Part shown: piece by piece, positions 36,683 to 44,326 of the stretch
Numbering within the stretch: position 1 is the first letter of the stretch
How the letters are laid out: every line of letters begins with the position of its first letter
Assembly (NCBI RefSeq): GCF_006345805.1
Contig: NW_021835691.1
Coordinates: 1 to 44,326, forward strand
DNA from: Octopus sinensis
Lineage: Eukaryota
DNA length: 44,326 nt
Reading direction: 5' to 3'
The notes under the pieces: generated by a model
The model's input: the letters and a program-made list of their open reading frames with translations, nothing else
What the model was told of the DNA's origin: nothing
Databases searched by the model: none
Translations under genes and position numbers: made by a program

Positions 36683-36906
36683 AAGGCGGCGAGCTGGCAG
36701 AAACGTAAGCCCACCGAGCGAAATGCGTAGCCGTATTTCGTCTGCCGTTACGTTCTGAGTTCAAATTCCGCCGAGGTCGACTTTACCTTTCATCCTTTCG
36801 GGGTCGATAAATTAAGTACCAGTTACGCACTGGGGTTGATGTAATCGACTTAATCCGTTTGTCTGTCCTTGTTTGTCCCCTCTATGTTTAGCCCCTTGTG
36901 GGTAGC
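36683..36906 (+). mobile_element. SINE family A, full length, well preserved, A1 tail
   Basis: aaggcggcgagctggcagaaacg...gagttcaaattccgccgaggtcgac...gccccttgtgggtagc. Confidence 0.92.
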
Positions 36907-36920
36907 AAATATATATATAT

Positions 36921-36951
<31 letters not shown>

Positions 36952-36954
36952 AAT

Positions 36955-37213
36955 AGTAGCACTCCATAGGTTACAACGACGAGGGTCCCAGCTAATACGA
37001 TCAACGAAACAGCTTACTCGTGAAATTAACGTGCAAGTCGCTGAGCACTCCATAGACACGTGTACCCTTAATATACCTACTCATTTTGCCAGCTGAGTGG
37101 ACTGGAGCAACAGGAAATAAAGTGTCTTGCTCAAGAGCACAAAGCATTGCCGGGAATTGAACTCACGACCTTGTGATCGCGAGCCGAATGCCCTAACCAC
37201 TAAGCCACGAGCC

Positions 37214-37215
<2 letters not shown>
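36955..37215 (-). mobile_element. tRNA-derived SINE family C with CORE-like cttgagcaagacact motif
   Basis: Reverse complement head gtggcttagtggttagggcattcggctcgcgatcacaaggtcgtgagttcaattcccggc with A and B boxes. Confidence 0.78.
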
Positions 37216-37277
<62 letters not shown>

Positions 37278-38068
37278 CATATATATAACTATACAAGGAG
37301 CTACACTGTGGATCAGACACACAGCTCCATACAGAGCTACACATGCACATCTCTCCTCTCTCCCTCTCTCTCTATATATATATACACACATATACAAACA
37401 AATATATATATGTGTATGTGATATGTGTGTATGTGTATGTATTTATATATGTATATATGTGTATATATATATACATACATACATATACACATGTATATAT
37501 GTGTGTGTGTTCGTGGCTGTGTGGTGTGTGTGTGTGTGTGTGTGTATGTGTGTGTGTGTGTGTGTGCGTGTGTCAATGTATATGTATATGTATGTTGTAG
37601 AGCGTGGATTACAATCAGGTGAAACGACTTATCTCGCTCTGAAATATACAACGACGGGAAAGTTTATGACTTGTCGATCGCGAAAATCGTTTGCTAAGCA
37701 ATGTTTTCACTATCATTGCAATCTCTCCGACAGTTTATCAACAATCGCCTTTATGTTTATATATGTACGTGAGATGAGTTTGGTATTTTTCTATTTTATT
37801 TTTGTTTCTATTATTCCACGCAATAAATACGAAACTAAGGAGTCTACTTTGAACATCTCTCCCTTCAGCTGTCTTCCGCTGGATTGTCTTTTGTTTCTAT
37901 ACCAGCGTAAGCTTATGGGCATGTTGACAGAGTTAAATAAACACAGTTATTCTTAAGTTCAGTGAAGGGATTACTGCCATTTTTCTCTTCTTCTCTTTCC
38001 ACTCACATCTAACACATCTATACACGATATATGTATGAATACATATGAATACATACATATATATACAT

Positions 38069-38099
<31 letters not shown>

Positions 38100-38229
38100 T
38101 ATATATATATATCACTTCATGTACGTATACGTATATATATATATATATACACACATATATAGATAGTTAGATAGGTAGATATATATATATATATATATAT
38201 GCATATATATATATAAATATAATATATAT

Positions 38230-38291
<62 letters not shown>

Positions 38292-38568
38292 ATCATGCGT
38301 CTTTGAAGTATTTTATTTATTGGACTAAAAGTTTATTTTTCAATCTTTTAAACGTTATCTTGGCAAACTTAGAAAAATCCACGATCTGTCAGGTACATAT
38401 GTACACACATTATATATATATACACACACACGCACACACACACACACACATACACACACACATTGAATCATTTTTCGCACGAGCCAGGCTAGAAGCTTGT
38501 AGAACGAGCCAATAAATGGTGGTTTTTAAGTTGCCAGAAACACCAGTCAAATATGTCTGAAATCTCAC

Positions 38569-38615
38569 CCTTGCTATCATTATACAACGAAAATAACAGC
38601 GAACGACATTGTTAT
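38569..38615 (-). CDS. Candidate 47-nt exon ((D)NNVVRCYFRCIMIAR)
   Basis: Long pyrimidine tract then gtttcag|ATAAC...GCAAGG|gtgaga. Only one frame is open. Confidence 0.2.
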
Positions 38616-39381
38616 CTGAAACTGCTAAGAATTTGAAAATTAGAAGGAAAAGCAACAAGAAAAAATATCTAACATCCATCATGTTTGCCCGATGCGGCAT
38701 CATTTAACAACATTCTTTGAATAAACAACTGTAATGAGAGGCAACATACACGGGAACCAAGCATAAATTTTTCTTGTAATAACAATTGGATGATAAATTG
38801 CCGTGTCTTCAAGAGGTTAGGGGTTTCGTTTCTAATTAACCTCTAAGTACTATCCTGTTTCACCTATTAGCAAAATCGATAATTACAAATAATAAAATCT
38901 GGAGGAATTAATAAAGTACTATATTTCTTGAAATATTCCGTTGATACCCAGTAATGTAACAAAAGCCAGAGGAAGAAGAAGAAATGTATCGGGGTTCTGT
39001 ACTCTAAGCTGCGGCACAAAAAACTGTCACATTTTACCCGGTCGTTCGTGTGACGCTATCGCTGTTAAGAGGGTGGAAATCGTGTCTTCATGTAATACAT
39101 GTGTTACTTTTTGGCTCTTTCTGATCACCCTCATTTGAGTAGAGGCGTACGGTATGTTCCAAGTTTAAAAAATATATCAATTATGGTGACCCTGGTACGA
39201 TTTGTGCTGCAATCTGAAATGCTATCAAAGCCACATTTGAAATGGCTGAAAGTCTAATGAAAGAGAGAAGGATAAAGTCTTTCACAATACCCGTGCTTCT
39301 CCAAACATAGTTTGCATATAATATGTATAGTATATATATAACATCTAACTATTTGTGTATAGACATATCTATCTATCTATC

Positions 39382-40553
39382 AATCTCCGGCTCTATGTAG
39401 ACGATGGTGAACAGATGTGGTCGCCGTTTCTGAGGCACGCTTTTCCGCAGCTCGTCTCCATGACCGAACTGTAGTCGTGGATCAAAAAGAGGCCGAGGAA
39501 GGGCGAATGGCACCGCGAGTGTTGCGTTGCTCTCAAAGAACTATGTCGTCCTGAGTCGACCTTGAGTGACTTCAACTCAAGCAAAGCATTCTATAGGGGA
39601 TTAATGGAGGGGAGGTACGACGACGATCTCGGGGCGAATCTGGGCGTCGACGAGGAATACCTGACCCGCCTGTTTAAGACTACTTTCGGGCCGGGACCTA
39701 TGGACAACTTCCAGAGTTCCCTGGCCTGGCAGTGCTACCGAGAAGTGCAACCCGTTCGGGATAAGTTCTACAGACACGGCTCGAGAAACACGGGGCCGAG
39801 TTGCAGTCGGACTGACGAAACCGTTCTGCACGCACTCGTGCAGTGTCCAACTATTTTTGACTTGTGGGCTTATGTCGAACGACTGCTGTCACGTGTGGGA
39901 CAAGTTGGTTTATCAGCCGAGTCTATCGTCAGTATCGTCACGCCTCCTTCCTTCAAACAGGAAGGAAAAGCTATTTTCATCATACTTGTGGCTAAGGCGA
40001 AAGAATGTATCTGGTGGACGTGACTGAAAGGATTAGAGACAAACACTATGCTCTCTGGTCAATCTCTCATCAACTTCAAGGATCCCTTGAAAAGGAAAGT
40101 GAGAGTAGAGAGGCAAGTCTTGTCTAGCGAATGTTTCAAAAAATTATGGGTGAATGTAGCAAGGATGGCACGTATGAATGACGAAGCCACCTTGAGTATA
40201 ATCCTATGAACCCGGAAAAATTTAAAACAGAGAGTTACTTACTTGCAAATAAATGTGTTAACATGTGACATTATTGACCAAGGTTACCGTAGTCTTTTCC
40301 GTGGGCTTTTCTTTCCACGGATAAACCTCATCTGTTTCCCCCTTTACACTTTATATCATGACATTTCTGTGATACACGATCCCTATTCATCGATTTTTTC
40401 TCCCTTTTTTTCCTTTCCTTTCTTTCCTCTTTCTCTTTCCTTTGTCTTTCCTTTTTAATCGAAAACCTACCCCCCTTTTTTTCTCCCCACAAAGAAAAGC
40501 TCTACCTTGTAATTTGACCCGTCTGTGTGCAGCCCTGTGTGGCTTATAAAGAA
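39382..40553 (+). mobile_element. 5'-truncated Tx1/L1-clade LINE (ORF2 C-terminus plus 3' UTR) in (TATC)n
   Basis: LAWQCYREVQPVRDKFYRHG...SCSRTDETVLHALVQCPTIFDLWAYV (zf-RVT/CCHC-like) and KECIWWT*...VERQVLSSECFKKLW. In-frame stops; ORF ends at 40209. Confidence 0.85.
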
Positions 40554-40554
40554 A

Positions 40555-40567
40555 CATATCTATCTAA

Positions 40568-40611
<44 letters not shown>

Positions 40612-40632
40612 GAATCAATCTATTTATCTATC

Positions 40633-40678
<46 letters not shown>

Positions 40679-40800
40679 CCTATCTGTCGGTCTGTCTGTC
40701 TATCTATCTGTTTATCTGTCTGTCTGTCTACCTATCTATTTGTCTGTATGCCTGTCTTAATATCTACCTATCCATCTGTCTGTCTGTCTGTCTGTCTATA
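40555..40800. repeat. (TATC)/(TGTC)n microsatellite
   Basis: Seen directly. Confidence 0.93.
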
Positions 40801-40824
40801 ATAATAATAGTAATACTAGTAATG

Positions 40825-40865
<41 letters not shown>

Positions 40866-41157
40866 TAATAATAATAATAATAATATTGATGATGTTGATG
40901 ATGATGATAACAGACAAAACGAAGAGCGCGATGCGAGTGCAATAGAAATAATATTGGTTGAACCAATAAAATATCTATTGCAATCGAATCGCGTTCTTCG
41001 TCTTGACTGTTTACCTTTGTGAAGAGTTACGTGAATCCTTTAAAAATAATAATACAATGATGATGATGATGATGAGAAGGAGGAGGAGGAGGAGGAGGAG
41101 GGCAGGGAGGACGAGGAATACCACGACAAGAAGAACAAGAAGAAGAAGAAGATGATA

Positions 41158-41209
<52 letters not shown>

Positions 41210-41262
41210 GAGCAAACACTGCTCTCTCACTCAATAATAATAATAATAATAATAATAATAAT

Positions 41263-41804
41263 TACCAGACAGTGGCTCTCATGGCTTCTGATCTCAACTG
41301 ATCGGAAGTGTTGTCATGTAAATTGTTTTGTCTTGGTATAAAAGATGGGCTACAGTAAATATTCTGCTCAATACCACAGATTTGCTTGTCACAATTGTTT
41401 GACCTTAACCAGTTGACCACGTCCCTTAATGGCTGACGATATGTGCATCTCTGATTACAAGCAGAAGTAGTGGGGGAGCATCATAGCCATGTGTTGGGAG
41501 TAATTCATTGGGGTTTGAATAATTCACCTTTGGAAACATGGATAGTTCATTCAACATACTTAGAAACCTTATTCAGGCACCTTTTGAGCAGTATGGGCTA
41601 CTCGACCTGAAAAAAATTCTAACTGGGCCCCACCTGCAAGGTCATGTGCTGTTTATCTGGATATGAGATCACCGTGTTGCGCACGTATGGTTGTGATGCT
41701 TGTGCCTGGTGTACCCTTATCAGATGGGTAGTCATGAAGGGTATACTGGGCTTTGTATATTTTACCCCAGTGTCACTTTGATGGCACGCGCTGTTCTTTC
41801 ACTC
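41263..41804 (+). mobile_element. Orphan ~540-bp element between (AAT)n arrays, copy 2
   Basis: Colinear with 24450-24986. A 14-nt 3'-end remnant ctgctctctcactc(aat)n also lies at 41219-41232. Confidence 0.8.
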
Positions 41805-41866
<62 letters not shown>

Positions 41867-41868
<2 letters not shown>

Positions 41869-42120
41869 GGCAGAAGTTCAAAAGATAGTGCTCGTGGGAA
41901 CTGCTCATATCCTACGCAAAATACTTTCTTTGTAATCTCAAGTTTTAAAACAAACATAATTTTCGTATGGCTTTTTAGGCATTCACTAGTACAACACTAA
42001 GTACAAAATCAAATATATGGCACCCTAGGCATAACACCATGAACTTCCAACTTGTCTCTTGAGGTCTCTGGGTGAGACTTGGAGCCAGCTTGTGCAAATG
42101 TAAAGCAAATGTCAAACATA
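41867..42120 (+). mobile_element. R4/Dong-clade LINE, extreme 3' fragment in (AAT)n
   Basis: AEVQKIVLVGTAHILRKILSL* plus a 3' UTR nearly identical to 42790-43042. Confidence 0.85.
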
Positions 42121-42148
42121 TAATAATGATGATGATAATAACAACAAC

Positions 42149-42215
<67 letters not shown>

Positions 42216-43042
42216 GACAAAGCCCTGTCCCATCAATGGCTAATGACCTCTGGCTTAAAATCTGAAACAGAAGGGCTTATCATGGCAGCTCAAGATCAAT
42301 GCCTACCTACAAGGAACTACCAGGCCAACATATTAAAGAACGGCAATAGCCCAACATGTTGTGTATGTCAACAACAAAATGAAACCCTTGATCATGTTGT
42401 CTCCAAGTGCAGTCTTCTTGCGCCTGCAGAGTATCTCAACATGCATGATAGAACTGCACAATATATTCACTGGGTAATTTGAAGAAGCCTTGACTTGCCC
42501 CATGATAAAAACTGGTGGGAACACAAACCACCTCCAGTGCTTGAAAATGACCGCATCTCACTCCTCTGGAACTTCACCATTAAAACTGACAGAAAGATAG
42601 ACGCGAAGAGGCCAGACATCATAGTAAAAGACTTCAGACAAAAAACATGCCTCCTCATTGATATATCTGTCCCAATCGATATAAACGTATCTGTCAAGAC
42701 CTACCAGAAACTGAGCATATATAAGATCTGGAAGTAGAAATCAGCAAAATGTGGAACTTGAAGCCTAAAACAACCAGGAAACCCCCAAAATGGCAGAAAT
42801 TCAAAATATAGTGCTCATGGGAACTGCTCATATCCTACGCAAAATACTTTCTTTGTAATCTCAAGTTTTAAAACAAGCATAATTTTCGTATGGTTTTTTT
42901 TAGGCATTCACTAGTACAACACTAAGTACAAAACCAAATATATGGCACCCTAGGCATAACACCAACATGAACTTCCAATTTGTTGTCTCTGGGTGAGACT
43001 TGGAGCCAGCTTGTGCAAATGTAAAGCAAAAGTCAAACATAG
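42216..43042 (+). mobile_element. R4/Dong-clade LINE, 5'-truncated, CCHC plus restriction-like endonuclease region, in (AAT)n
   Basis: ETEGLIMAAQDQCLPTRNY...CCVCQQQNETLDHVVSKC...HD...HW...LLWNFTIKTDRKIDAKRPDIIV...LIDISVP...K, an RLE PD-(D/E)xK signature. Confidence 0.9.
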
Positions 43043-43070
43043 AATAATAATAATAATGATGATAATAATG

Positions 43071-43122
<52 letters not shown>

Positions 43123-43125
43123 TAT

Positions 43126-43156
<31 letters not shown>

Positions 43157-43594
43157 ATACCTGCATTATGAAATGTCTATATAATTATACATATAATACA
43201 TAATCAAGATAAGAAGACAAAAAAACTTTCATGTTTCCTTAATCAACAATTACAAGTGTTTCTGTACCAACTCTTCTTCCGAAGTAAATTTATGCAATCT
43301 TTCCAACTGAAATATATTTGTAATATTTGCGGGTTTCAAATATTAGAGTGGCACTTCCTCAGCCTTCCATCAAAGGGGCGCTCATTCACTGTGCTACAGT
43401 GTAACAACGCGTCTGGGGAAATGAGATTCTAATGTTTTAACCCCGCGAATATTCCGAGTCTACATCATTGCAACTTTTGCGAGAATTTGTTTCGAAAGCG
43501 GAGTCGGTATAGAAACACATATAACAATTGTAAATGCTTATTAAACATGTGTTAAAGTCATTCTAATTATTTATTTATTTATTCTGTCTTCTAA

Positions 43595-43959
43595 TCTCTC
43601 TATATATAAACGGCAAAATGTATGCGTGTTTGTCCTTTATAGAAATCCACAATTTTTTCAGTTAGAGGGCTCGCACTTTCTATGGTCATTCAAAACCGTC
43701 CAAGGGTGGTCGTGTACATCTTTACATTTCCCCAGTCACCCCGCAAAGCCGTTAAAAAATCAATAGAAGTTATTTTTGGTGAATTTTCTATCCAAAACCC
43801 AATCAAAATGCCCGAAACGTGATACGCCAATTGAATGCCAACTAGCTGTATGTGATTGGTGAGAGATTTGGACAGTACTCGCGTTTATGTGCGCACGCAC
43901 GCAGCTGTATATGCATGCACTAGCACTATGAATCTGGCATTGCCGGGTCATAGTTCTAG
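43595..43959 (+). mobile_element. Non-autonomous Helitron, 365 bp, both termini intact
   Basis: A|TCTCTCTATATATAAACGG at the 5' end; hairpin ctggcattgccgg (43934-43946) then CTAG|T at the 3' end. Confidence 0.8.
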
Positions 43960-44000
43960 TATGTATTATCTTTCATTTGGTTCCTCACTCCCTGCCTTAC

Positions 44001-44054
44001 CATGAAGAACACAGACCAAAATCATCTCACGTAAATATGTACACATAATGGTGA
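44001..44054 (-). CDS. Candidate 54-nt exon (TIMCTYLREMILVCVLH)
   Basis: cactttatctacag|TCACC...CTTCATG|gtaagg with strong sites. Only the phase-1 frame is open. Confidence 0.35.
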
Positions 44055-44326
44055 CTGTAGATAAAGTGTCAGAAGGATTGGAATGTGAGAGCTTGGCAAA
44101 GGATTTTCGCGATCGACAAGGCATAAACTTTCCCCACATTTTACATTTCAGCGAGAGATAAGACTTTTCATTTCATTGTAATTCACACTTTATAACATAC
44201 ATACAAATCTACACAGATGTATATACAAGTATATATACATACGTACATACATCTATACATATGTATATACATATATACATGCATATAAATATACATATAT
44301 ATACCTATGCATATGTATATATACAT

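Noticed and set aside
36437-36993. 38-bp inverted repeat pair about 480 bp apart as transposon TIRs
   Set aside because: The right copy is internal to the family C SINE tail; the left is a truncated opposite-strand copy of the same family.
37150-37215. Possible tRNA genes (also 17822-17890 and 23880-23950)
   Set aside because: A and B boxes are present, but acceptor stems do not pair and the sequences continue into SINE bodies.

Overview
Eukaryotic, very AT-rich, repeat-saturated animal genomic DNA. The SINE families and microsatellite load resemble octopus (cephalopod) genomes; this is an inference from recognition, not a search. There is no prokaryotic gene content or CRISPR array, and nearly all ORFs in the supplied track are translations of microsatellites. 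The window holds about 20 copies or fragments of a tRNA-derived SINE (family A, two alternative tails, often stacked), about 8 of a SINE with a CORE-like motif and an internal microsatellite (family B), and a few other tRNA-headed SINEs. It also has decayed fragments of RTE, Penelope-like, Tx1/L1 and R4/Dong retrotransposons, two Helitrons, a MITE and a 20-bp minisatellite. The most unusual structures are four: (1) a 3-kb tandem-plus-fold-back knot at 32.65-35.6 kb that carries five copies of a 56-codon exon and two copies of a phase-compatible second exon of an unrecognised gene; (2) four minimal hammerhead-ribozyme motifs in Penelope-type terminal repeats, two of them in a ~700-bp tandem duplication; (3) an orphan ~540-bp element with fixed ends, sitting in (AAT)n next to stacked R4/Dong copies; (4) apparent partitioning of different retroelement clades among different microsatellites. 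A few short minus-strand candidate exons may belong to a host gene. Indel-rich divergence between the duplicated copies means long-read assembly artefact must be excluded.
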